Virus record (IMG/VR): IMGVR_UViG_3300024989_000227
Direction: 5' to 3' (one strand)
From: an uncultured virus (IMG/VR IMGVR_UViG_3300024989_000227)
Taxonomy: Duplodnaviria > Heunggongvirae > Uroviricota > Caudoviricetes
Length of the DNA stretch: 20,000 nt
The notes beneath the pieces were generated by a model, which was not told where the DNA came from, did no database searches, and was given only the letters and a program-made list of their open reading frames with translations. The position numbers were made by a program, and so were the translations under genes. This document shows, one piece after another, positions 7,464-16,300 of this stretch. How positions within the stretch are numbered: position 1 is the first letter of the stretch; every line of letters begins with the position of its first letter.

Positions 7464-9037
7464 CCAACAACCACGACGATCTTCGCGCGCAGCTCCGCCG
7501 CCTCGCCTCATCTGATAGCGGGGTGAAGGTGCGGGAGTTGACTTGGCGAGAGTATCCATCTGGCAATTGCGACGCTGATGTCTATTCGATCAGTAACACT
7601 TACGGACAAGGCCCGAGAAAATATGTTCTTGCGCGTGGCTTCGCGATACTCGGATACTTCGATGAAGTAGATGCCGCCAAAGCCGCAGCGCAGGCCGATT
7701 ACGAGACTCGCATCCGGTCGGCACTGGTTGAAGTGCCAGCGGTGAAGGGCGAGCCTGAGCGTGTGGCGACACCGGGTGTGGCGCTTTTGAACAAGCTGTG
7801 GTCGCAGATTTATGACAAGAGGCCAGCGGGCGATCCGAAGGACACCTATCGGGAGTTAAAGGCCATCCTTACCGCCCCACCGGCAGACGCCGGGATGCGA
7901 GAAGCGTTGGAAAGCCTTCAAGCATGGTGCGACAATCAAGGGGCGCTGTTAGGAGCGGTTGACGGCTATGATTATCATAGCGGTCAAGAGGCGGCATATC
8001 GTCATGTGTCCATCGAAATTGGGAAGCGCATGGACGCGGCCCTCACCGCGCCCGGCGCGACGACGAAATCTGACGGCGGCTGCTTAGGCTCTCTGCCTTC
8101 GGGAGAGAGTGAGCCTGCGGTGACGCCGGCTTGGTCGCCGTCAGACCCTTCATCCACCCGCTCCGAATCCTGCCTTGATCGCAGCCCGCTGAGAGACTCG
8201 GAGATAAAGAGAACTAAGCAACTCGCAGAACGCTTTGGATGGGAGCCAACCCGCAGCGAGGTGACGGTGGAGGATATGCCGACCGAGAATACGACAATTG
8301 GCGGGGTCACATGGCACAGCAGCGAAGAAGATGGCGGCCCCGACGTTGGCATCAGCGTCTATCTCGCCCCCGATGATCGGCTGTGGTGCGGTGAGATCAG
8401 CCGACGGTTGTTCGAGGGGCACGATGGGTCAGCACACTTCGACAGCGATGGCGGTGCGTTCATCGTCCGGTTTAATGGCAAAGACACCACGCTGATCGCA
8501 AAGTGTGCCGATCTCGATACCGGACGAGAGTTTGTTGAGCAGGTCGCCGCATGGGTTCGCGCCACCCCGTCCTCGCGCCCGGAGGTGAGCGATAGTGATT
8601 GCGAGGATCAAGGTCTTTGTTCGACCGATGAGTGCATAAAATTCTCTTGTCAGACATGGAACGGTGACGGGATCGTCCGACCGAAGCTCGTACAGCGAGG
8701 GCCGTACTGGGTCTGCCCTAAATGTCACAGCAGCTACGGAGCCGACGCCAAAGGCTCTCAGCCGGCAGGAAACCTCCTAGAGATGGCGGCTAAAGCGGCC
8801 TTCCGTGAGGCACAGAGCGTTTATCGATCCGACCATGACCATTTTCCGCTGACCAACACGTGGGAAGGCGCAGGCGATAGCGTGCGCAACGGCTGGCGAA
8901 AGATCGCTTTGGCCGTGTTGCTTTCTCAGGACGAATACGCCATCGCCAAAATCATCTTGCCTTACTTCGACGAAGATAATTGCACATTGGACGCCGCCCG
9001 CGCCCTCTTGTCCGCCTACAGCGAGGGGAAGCGGTGA
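7460..9037 (+). CDS. Mosaic multi-module phage early protein, 525 aa
   Basis: ATG 7460 with GGAGG RBS and ATGA overlap. Contains a VKVRELTW...AAKAAAQADYETRIRSAL module, a CPKCH knuckle and S/P/T-rich linkers. Confidence 0.7.
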   Translation: MTNNHDDLRAQLRRLASSDSGVKVRELTWREYPSGNCDADVYSISNTYGQGPRKYVLARGFAILGYFDEVDAAKAAAQADYETRIRSALVEVPAVKGEPERVATPGVALLNKLWSQIYDKRPAGDPKDTYRELKAILTAPPADAGMREALESLQAWCDNQGALLGAVDGYDYHSGQEAAYRHVSIEIGKRMDAALTAPGATTKSDGGCLGSLPSGESEPAVTPAWSPSDPSSTRSESCLDRSPLRDSEIKRTKQLAERFGWEPTRSEVTVEDMPTENTTIGGVTWHSSEEDGGPDVGISVYLAPDDRLWCGEISRRLFEGHDGSAHFDSDGGAFIVRFNGKDTTLIAKCADLDTGREFVEQVAAWVRATPSSRPEVSDSDCEDQGLCSTDECIKFSCQTWNGDGIVRPKLVQRGPYWVCPKCHSSYGADAKGSQPAGNLLEMAAKAAFREAQSVYRSDHDHFPLTNTWEGAGDSVRNGWRKIALAVLLSQDEYAIAKIILPYFDEDNCTLDAARALLSAYSEGKR

Positions 9038-9327
9038 TGGCAGAGATCGTCAAACTGAAACGTAAGCCCCGCCCGCTGCGAGCTACCTACCAGCCGAAAG
9101 CGCCATATCAAGTCGAGCGTGAGGATTGGGACGATGGCACGATCGCGTTCCACGTCACCGACATGCGTCCCGGCACATATCGGACGGTCTGTACCGTCGA
9201 CGACGACGGTGGTGCGGCTCCCTACGCCAAGCATGACGCCGAGCAAATCGCACGCGGACTGAACATGCTCGTTCAATATGGGCTGGAACAGCTTCCAAAT
9301 GTCCGCGATCCGGATTTGGAGGACTGA
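9037..9327 (+). CDS. Hypothetical protein, 96 aa
   Basis: TGATG coupling at 9035-9039; GAGGGG RBS. Confidence 0.7.
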   Translation: MAEIVKLKRKPRPLRATYQPKAPYQVEREDWDDGTIAFHVTDMRPGTYRTVCTVDDDGGAAPYAKHDAEQIARGLNMLVQYGLEQLPNVRDPDLED

Positions 9328-9333
9328 CCGCCC

Positions 9334-10071
9334 ATGACAAGCATCAAGGATGCGCCGCTCGGCTTTCAGCCCCGCAAGCACTACTTCGCGCCGAGCGATG
9401 ATGATTGCGATTTTTGCAGTCGATGCGGTCACAATTTCCGCAACGCTAACATGCATTGCAAGAACGATGAACGGCCGGAGACAGATGCGCAGTACATAGC
9501 CCGCCTTGAGGGTTACGTGTCGTCTTATGGCGTGCTGCTCGACAACATGCGAACGATGGCCGAGTCGTTCGCGGCAATGCGAAACGATCTCAGCGAAGTC
9601 TTCCCTATCCAATCGGAAGAAGCCGATTTGTTGCAGGGGCCGGAGTTCGGACACCAGTGCACAGTCATCGTCGAAGCGGCACGTGCGGCATGGAACACCC
9701 GCGCACCCACCCTGTCCTCGCCAGATAGGGAGAAGGTGGCGCGGATCATTGCCCCCATGGCCTTCGCGAAGTACGACGCCGAACTCGCAAATGATCGACA
9801 CGCGGATAACGGGCGTCGATGGGCCGACGTTGTATACGGCGATGCGATCAATGACGCTCTGCACAGAGCCGACGACGCAATTGCACTGATCCTCTCCACC
9901 CTTGCCCCGGATGAAGCGGCAATACGCGCTGATGACGGGTTAATCGCAGATGTATCCGTAGCACTGCGCAATCTGCAAGCAGGCGGCGCAAAAGCTGTAG
10001 CCGACACAATCGAGATATTGGACCGTGCGCTCAATCGCGCCGCCATTCGCTCGAACGGGGGTGGATCATGA
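9334..10071 (+). CDS. Mosaic phage hypothetical protein with N-terminal Cys/His cluster, 245 aa
   Basis: GGAGG RBS. H...CDFCSRCGH...H cluster. AARAAWNTRA resembles the tail of Lar-type restriction-alleviation proteins. Confidence 0.68.
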   Translation: MTSIKDAPLGFQPRKHYFAPSDDDCDFCSRCGHNFRNANMHCKNDERPETDAQYIARLEGYVSSYGVLLDNMRTMAESFAAMRNDLSEVFPIQSEEADLLQGPEFGHQCTVIVEAARAAWNTRAPTLSSPDREKVARIIAPMAFAKYDAELANDRHADNGRRWADVVYGDAINDALHRADDAIALILSTLAPDEAAIRADDGLIADVSVALRNLQAGGAKAVADTIEILDRALNRAAIRSNGGGS

Positions 10072-10316
10072 AGCTGACAAAGGCGCAGCGACGTGTGCTT
10101 GCTGTCGTTCATGAAGTTGGTGGGATTCACCGCTACGTCCAGTCGATGGATTGGCACCGGAAGTACCCGCAGGGATATGTGTCGCGGGTTTGCGGCAATT
10201 CAACCATCGAAGCCCCAAAACGAAAGGGCTTTCTGTGCGATGCGGGGTTTCTAAATGTAACGCTCACCCCTGCCGGCCGCGCTGCACTAGAGAAAGGGCA
10301 AGCCGATGAGCGCTAG
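10068..10316 (+). CDS. Small winged-helix-like phage protein, 82 aa
   Basis: LTKAQRRVL at the start and LTPAGRAAL near the end. ATGA overlap. Confidence 0.62.
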   Translation: MKLTKAQRRVLAVVHEVGGIHRYVQSMDWHRKYPQGYVSRVCGNSTIEAPKRKGFLCDAGFLNVTLTPAGRAALEKGQADER

Positions 10317-10620
10317 ACTTCTGTCTGACAAGCTACGGAAGGTCGCAAGCGATTGTGCTGCGGATGATGACCTATGCACTTGCGAGGCCTGCCAGAGGGA
10401 ATTCCCAATCGAAACCATGACGCTGATGAGCGATAACTGGTTCTGTGAAGAATGCACGGCCGAGTGGCGCAAGCACTTTGACGCCTGCGATCACTCATGG
10501 ACGCCGGAAACGGATGAGCACGGCGACCCCGGCCAGTATTGCACAAAGTGCAGCGGGTTCGTGCGCGACGAGGATGCTCACCTTCTCGCTCCTTCACTTC
10601 AGGCTAAGGAGGCAGGATGA
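10306..10620 (+). CDS. Putative zinc-finger protein, 104 aa
   Basis: CEAC...CEEC and CDH...CTKC motifs; overlaps both neighbours. Confidence 0.7.
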   Translation: MSARLLSDKLRKVASDCAADDDLCTCEACQREFPIETMTLMSDNWFCEECTAEWRKHFDACDHSWTPETDEHGDPGQYCTKCSGFVRDEDAHLLAPSLQAKEAG

Positions 10621-10853
10621 CGAAGGCGCTTCCATTTACTGCTGCCGCGCTGGCGCGTGCGATCAAGGGTGCTGAAAGGGCCGGCAAACATGTGATTGGC
10701 GTCCGCGCCGATGGAACTGTGTTGATCGGGGATAACCCGGCGAAGTTGGTTCCGGAGGTTGCCGCGTCCGAGCAGGATGATCCGTTCCTTCGAGGATGGG
10801 AAAGGGCGGAGCGTGCCGAGGCGAAAAGGAAGCGCAAACGACATGCTTCCTGA
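10617..10853 (+). CDS. Small protein coupled to the integrase; putative excisionase/recombination directionality factor, 78 aa
   Basis: AAGGAGG RBS. FTAAALARAIKGAERAG...VRADGTVLI. Overlaps the integrase start. Function is inferred from position only. Confidence 0.6.
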   Translation: MTKALPFTAAALARAIKGAERAGKHVIGVRADGTVLIGDNPAKLVPEVAASEQDDPFLRGWERAERAEAKRKRKRHAS

Positions 10854-11916
10854 CGGAGTTCGACGTGTAAAGCGGCGAGGAGTTTCCTATTTCTATTGGG
10901 CTCCCGGCAGAGGTACCGATAGGGCGGTGAGGCCGATCCCACTCGGGAAGGATCACACGCACCCTGAATTTTGGGCGACGGTGCGGCGACTCCAGGCTGA
11001 AAACGGCAAGAGCGATAAGGGTTCGTTTCGGGCGCTCATCACTGAATATGAAACGTCCCCGACGTGGAACAGTCTGCGTAAACGCACCCAGGGTCACTAT
11101 GCTCATCAACTCAATAAGGTCAGATCTGCTTGGGGCGATCTTGCCGTTAAAAGTCTCACCGCGGCCAGCATTCTACAGGTGAGGGCGAAGCTTGAACGCA
11201 CGCCAGTAGCCGCGAACCACTTCGTGGTGGTTCTTCGGACGCTATTGGCTTGGGGCCTCGAGCACGGCTACGGCGAACGAAACCCTGCAAATGATATTCG
11301 CCCCATCGAGATAAAGGACGAGAAGAATGCCCGCCCGTGGCCGCAATGGGCCTACGAGTTCGTCATCGCGAACGCGCCGGAGCACCTGCGCCGTGCAGCT
11401 TTCCTTGGCCGCGCCACCGGTCAGCGCCGGTCGGACCTCGTGCTGATGGGGAAGAAGAACCGCCGCGACGACGGGATAGCGTTCAAGATATCGAAGCTGC
11501 GGGGGAAAGAGCATTTCGTGCCGCTGACTGCGGCCGACATCGCGGTGATCGACGAATGGTCATGCTCGGATACCGGCCCGTGGATTGTCTCGCCGACGGG
11601 CAGGGCGATGAGCGGAGACCACCTTCAGTCCTCGCTTGGCCGATTCGCGGCAAAGCACCCCAAGTTGAAGGCGATCGGCCTCAAGATGCACGGCCTGCGC
11701 GCCATGGCGGCGTGCGACCGCAAGATGCTTGGCTTCGATAATGCATCGATCGGGAAGAGCATCGGCATGTCCACCGGCATGGTCGACAGGTACACCAAAC
11801 ATATCGACCAGGAGGCCCTTGCGCGAAAGGTGCGGGACGGGCTAGAACGCGGCGCGAACGAGATTGGAAAATCGCCTGTCGGTGATTGGAAAACAGCGAC
11901 CCGGAGTCCTGCCTAA
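10843..11916 (+). CDS. int: Tyrosine recombinase / phage integrase, 357 aa
   Basis: N-terminal arm-binding-type segment (VKRRGVSYFYW...RPIPL), core-binding region, catalytic TGQRRSD, K, HGLR and MVDRY. ATG 10843 follows AAGGAAG. Confidence 0.93.
   Translation: MLPDGVRRVKRRGVSYFYWAPGRGTDRAVRPIPLGKDHTHPEFWATVRRLQAENGKSDKGSFRALITEYETSPTWNSLRKRTQGHYAHQLNKVRSAWGDLAVKSLTAASILQVRAKLERTPVAANHFVVVLRTLLAWGLEHGYGERNPANDIRPIEIKDEKNARPWPQWAYEFVIANAPEHLRRAAFLGRATGQRRSDLVLMGKKNRRDDGIAFKISKLRGKEHFVPLTAADIAVIDEWSCSDTGPWIVSPTGRAMSGDHLQSSLGRFAAKHPKLKAIGLKMHGLRAMAACDRKMLGFDNASIGKSIGMSTGMVDRYTKHIDQEALARKVRDGLERGANEIGKSPVGDWKTATRSPA
11862..11893 (+). repeat. 10-bp direct repeat GATTGGAAAA x2; candidate integrase arm-type binding sites
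   Basis: Exact copies at 11862-11871 and 11884-11893 (22 bp period), 50-80 bp from the tRNA start. Confidence 0.55.
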
Positions 11917-11942
11917 CCCGCTGTAATTTCTCTGAAATCCCT

Positions 11943-12016
11943 TGGGGGATCGTCTAATGGTAGGACTGCAGACTCTGACTCTGCCTGTCTAGGTTCGAAT
12001 CCTAGTCCCCCAGCCA
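11943..12016 (+). tRNA. tRNA-Gln (anticodon CUG), complete, CCA encoded
   Basis: Acceptor TGGGGGA/TCCCCCA-G-CCA. D arm GTC/GAC. Anticodon stem GCAGA/TCTGC with loop CTCTGAC (CTG at 11975-11977). T arm CTAGG-TTCGAAT-CCTAG. 74 nt. Confidence 0.98.
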
Positions 12017-12031
12017 CTCCATAATCCCTTC

Positions 12032-12044
12032 CAAGTTTTTGATT
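12032..12044 (-). promoter_or_regulatory. IHF consensus binding site
   Basis: Minus strand AATCAAAAACTTG is an exact match to WATCAANNNNTTR, within an AT-rich patch 15 bp after the tRNA. Confidence 0.5.
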
Positions 12045-12267
12045 TTAAACGATTTTCTGTCGCGCGCGAGGTGAGGTCGGAACGCCTCGCAGATGTGTCC
12101 GGCCGACTGTCGCAATGCCGGAACGGCCAGCTGCGGGATCGCCTTGCCGCAATCGCTGACATGGTTTGCCCGAACATTCCGGCCGCAAGCGCCTTGTCGC
12201 GACCGGCAAGTTTTGGCAGGCTGACGCATTGTCCAAGCGATAGCGCCTGCACGAGCGAGGCACGATC

Positions 12268-12513
12268 ATGAATTCGATTTTGAGAATTTTTGCGATAACA
12301 GCGGCGGTGGCCATTTGGTCTCCGGTCACTGGTGCCTTCGCATTCGGCGACCAGCCCTATTTGTCGGGCCTTGCGGACGAGCCGGAGGTGACGTCGGGGT
12401 GCTGGAGGTGGAATTGGCAGCAGCACGGCTGGTATGACCACTGTCCCAGATACGTTCACCCGAAAGCCTACATGTATCCCCGGGCACGCGTGGTGCTTCG
12501 CACCAGGGGCTGA
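12268..12513 (+). CDS. Small exported protein, 81 aa, Trp/Tyr-rich with a Cys pair
   Basis: GAGG RBS, signal peptide ending in A-F-A, GCWRWNWQQHGWYDHCP core. Confidence 0.72.
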   Translation: MNSILRIFAITAAVAIWSPVTGAFAFGDQPYLSGLADEPEVTSGCWRWNWQQHGWYDHCPRYVHPKAYMYPRARVVLRTRG

Positions 12514-12561
12514 CTGACCAGGGTCGATCCGGGCAGGGATCAGCCGCCATCCGCTTCAGAC

Positions 12562-12588
12562 AATAAAACCGCCCCGGCTGAGGGGCGG
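12562..12588 (-). terminator. Rho-independent terminator for the minus-strand gene
   Basis: Stem CCGCCCC/GGGGCGG (12569-12588), 6-nt loop, followed on the minus strand by TTTTATT. Lies between convergent genes. Confidence 0.7.
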
Positions 12589-12692
12589 CTGACTCGCGTC
12601 TTGCAGATTACGGCCTGAAAAGAGGGGTCGAGCCAGCGCTGTCGGCTGAATCCGACAGGCCTGCGCAAGGGCGCTAGGTCAGGATCGCTGGA

Positions 12693-13076
12693 TCAGGATC
12701 GCAGAACGGTACAGGCAACCGAACGATTCGGTCCGAAATTGAGCTGGGCTTTCTCGCTCAGCCCATCCAACCAGAACCCTTTACCCGCGTAGCGATATCC
12801 GACCCCCATCGGAACCAGCCTGACGTGCGCCGGCTGGTGCGCGCCCAGGTAAAGATTCGCCGTGACGATTTCACCGGCGACGCTCACTGCAATCGGGCAA
12901 AGCGGATATTCCCGGCCGTTCTCGCAGGTCAGCACGATTTCGGCGCAGCTTCTGGCCGCGGGACTGGGCGCCTTGACCACCTCGAGATCGGCGGCGTGGC
13001 CAACCGATGATGCCGCGAATCCGACGGTCGTGGAAAATGCCAGCAAATAAAAAGACTTAAGTAGACTGGTGCGCAT
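12693..13076 (-). CDS. Exported hypothetical protein, 127 aa, four Cys
   Basis: Signal-peptide-like N-terminus ending GHA-ADL. GGGG RBS upstream on the minus strand; terminator downstream. Confidence 0.72.
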   Translation of the reverse strand: MRTSLLKSFYLLAFSTTVGFAASSVGHAADLEVVKAPSPAARSCAEIVLTCENGREYPLCPIAVSVAGEIVTANLYLGAHQPAHVRLVPMGVGYRYAGKGFWLDGLSEKAQLNFGPNRSVACTVLRS

Positions 13077-13325
13077 GAAATTTCCCCATTCAGCCTAATA
13101 AGCCAGCCAATCAAGAGTTGGCGGCGGGGTCAATCCCAAAACGGGAGCCATTCGGCCACCAGGCAGTCCAGTTGCAATTTAACCACAGTTTCACAACCCC
13201 TCGCGGAAATCGCGAAGCTTTCTTGACCTGCAAGCGTTTGAAAGTCAGGATAATTCTTAACAAGTAGTAAATAAACTTCGTGCCGGTCTAATTTTATTTT
13301 CGCATTTTTTTAAAGGGCTAGCGTC

Positions 13326-16300
13326 ATGAACGGACCTTTTCAGATCGCTCAGGCGAATACTTCTGGCGTATCAGGGGGCAAGCAGCCGACACGGATCGTA
13401 AAAGTTGCAAAGCCTTTCGGCGAGCAGTCGGTCGTCGTGGCACTCAGCTACGATGGCAGTGTCAAAGCCGACCTCTCGGCGATCGCGGGCGAGAAGATCA
13501 CCCTCGTTCATATCGGCGAGAAGCTGATCATTCTCTTCGACAACAAGTCGACAGTGACGCTGGAGCCGTTCTTCGATTCGACCGGCAAGCCGCTCGAGGG
13601 AATTACGGTCGAGGTTTCGCCGGGCAGGGATTTGACGAGCGCGGAATTCGCGACGCTGTTCCCGGTCACGGACGATCAATCGATTTTGCCGGCGGCAGGT
13701 AATGGCGAGGGCAACGGCGCACAGGCGTCCGGCGCGTATTTCACCAGCGTTGGCGTGGACCCGCTTTCGCTGCCGAATCCGCTCTCATTGCTGGGGCAGG
13801 AAGAACTGCCGAATTTCGTCATCAATAATCTGCCGACGACCCCGTTCATCAATGGCATCCCGACTGCGGGGCAGAACGATTTCGTCGCCCTGGATGAGGA
13901 CGAGATCGCGGGTGCCCATGGCAACCCGGGCGGCATCGGTGACATCGACGCGGGGGCAAGCTTCAGCGGATTCCTGACGCACAATTTCAGTATCGATGGA
14001 TTCTTCGGCGGGGAAGGCAAGGGCGACATCAACTTCGCCGCGATGAACGGGACGAGCCAGCCCATCAACGGCATCATCGTGACGTTCAGCTGGAATCAGG
14101 CCACCCACACGCTCACCGCGAATGACGGAAGCAACGACGTCTTCAGGCTGGTTGTCACCAATCCGGGCACCGGCGCCTATACCGTCACCTTGTTGCATGC
14201 TCTGCATCATCACACCGATGCCCTGGCGGACAACACCGAAGCGAGCGCATTCTTCAATCTCACCTTTACGGTCATCGACTCGAACGGCACCGAGGCCAAC
14301 GGCAAGCTCTCGCTCGAAATCAACGACGATACGCCGATCGCATTGCCGTCTCAGCCGCATGACACCGTGGTTAGCGGCGAAGGCGAAGGTGGATCGACCA
14401 CGCATTATGCAACGATCGATGATGAGGGGCAGGCCGGCGGCAACATCGGTGGCGTTGGCGACGATCCGGGGCAATCGACCAGTGTCGCCGGCACGCTAGA
14501 CATCGCGCCGGGCGCGGATGGGTTGAAGGCCGTTGCGTTCACCAACATGGATGGCGTTCCGCAAGTTCTCGTCACCGCGGACGATGGCTCCCATCCCGCA
14601 TTGCGAGCGGTCTATGTCGATCCGGCGACCGGTCTCGGCACGATTGAAGACGTCACATTGTCATGGCATTCGGACGGCGCGGGCGGTGGTACCCTGACCG
14701 GCGCGTCCGAGCATATCGCTCAGGTGTTCACGATCAAGGTCGACGCCGCGGGCAACTACACTTACACGGCTTTCGCGCCGCTGGCGCACCCGTTGACCAG
14801 CAATGGCGGTGAGGAAGGTGGGACGACCTCGTTCGAAGACAACCTGCGCCTTGCGTTCTCTTACACCGCTACGGATGGAGATGGAGACCGGGCGACCTCG
14901 ACGCTGACCATCAACGTCGATGACGATTCGCCGGTCATCAATCCGGCGGAGAACAGTTCGCTGCGCGACTGGACCCTCGACGAAGATCGGTTGTCGGGTG
15001 GAAACGACGCCTATGACAACCCGCCGGACACCAACGACTACACCGTGCTCGCCGACAAGGATCTGGGCATTCACTGGGGAGCTGACGGGATTGGGTCGCT
15101 GAAGTTTTCCGCCAGCGATGCGGAACACCCGACCATCAGCATTACCGACCAGAACGGCACGCCGATTACCACGCCGTTGTCATCGAACGGCGTCGACCTG
15201 GTCTATGAAATCACCCAGAACGCGGATGGCGGTCAGACGCTGACAGCGACCAAGGGAGCCAACGGCCCGACGATCTTCACGCTGACGCTCGATCCGAATG
15301 CCGGCCCGACCGGCACCTTCACGTTCAGTCTGCAGGGCCACCTCGATCATCCGGACGGCGATGGCGAGAACCGCCTCGATCTTAACTTCAGCTTCATCGC
15401 GACGGACGGTGACGGCGATGCGGTCTCTTCCAATATCGTCATCCGCGTCACCGATGATCGCCCTTACCTGATCGACAAGGGGGTCGTCGATGCGACCGTC
15501 AACGAGAATGATATTTTCACTGCATGGTCGCAGGGGTCGTCGCCGTTTGATGGTCATACGGAGTTAGCGACCGGCGCCGCGATCACGACAGGCCACCTGG
15601 CGGGACTGGTTGCTCCTGGCGCGGACACGCCGCTGACATGGGGATTTGTTTCCGATCAGCAGGCGATTGCCTACATGGAATCGCTCGGGCTGTTCTCCAA
15701 GCAGACCGCGCTTCCCGATAACGGACAGAGCCTGACCTATACGGTCACGCATGTCGGTGGCGACGTGGTTCTGTCGGCCTATGAGCCGGCGACACCTGGC
15801 ATTCCCGGAAGTGGCAACATCGTATTCAGCTTCACGCTCGATACGCACAGCGGCGACTTCACCTTCCGCCTGTTTGACGAACTGGTCCATGTCGCAGGTG
15901 GTGAGACAAACACGGACCTGCGCTCCGGTGAACCGGGCGACGGTGGACAGGCCTCGATTCCCTATATCGATTTTGGATCGATCATCAAGGCGACCGATTC
16001 CGACGGCGACAGCGTGACGCTCACGGACAGGGTTCATGTCACCGTCATCGACGACATCCCGCAGGTTCACATCGGCGTGAATCCGCTTGGTATTGTGCAG
16101 CACGACGAGACACCCGGCGTTCAACCCGGAAACATTATCGAGTTTATCCAAGATCCGGCGGACAGCGATACCAACTCCCCACTGGTCAAAGGGAAGTTCG
16201 CCGCGCTTGAAGCGACCGGCCAGACCGGTGACGATCCGGACGTGCCCGGCACCGGCGCAATCGGCTACGCGCAGAGCGCGGTGTCTGTGGTGTTCAACGC

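Larger units (their letters stand above)
1..11942 (+). mobile_element. Integrase-proximal arm of a prophage or integrative element (other end lies upstream of the window)
   Basis: Unbroken co-oriented run of phage-type early/accessory genes with overlapping start/stop codons, ending in a putative excisionase and a tyrosine integrase next to a tRNA. No structural genes are in the window, so phage versus other integrative element is inferred. The exact boundary is unknown. Confidence 0.85.

Noticed and set aside
9334..10071. Calling this a Lar restriction-alleviation protein
   Set aside because: Only the short AAWNTRA tail matches; the Lar CPFCG zinc ribbon is absent.
12060..12215. GC-rich hairpins after the tRNA (for example GCGAGGTG/CGCCTCGC)
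   Set aside because: No clear U-tract; such stems are common by chance at this GC content.
11989..12459. Minus-strand ORFs overlapping or adjoining the tRNA
   Set aside because: They overlap the tRNA and/or the 12268-12513 gene and have no coding hallmarks.
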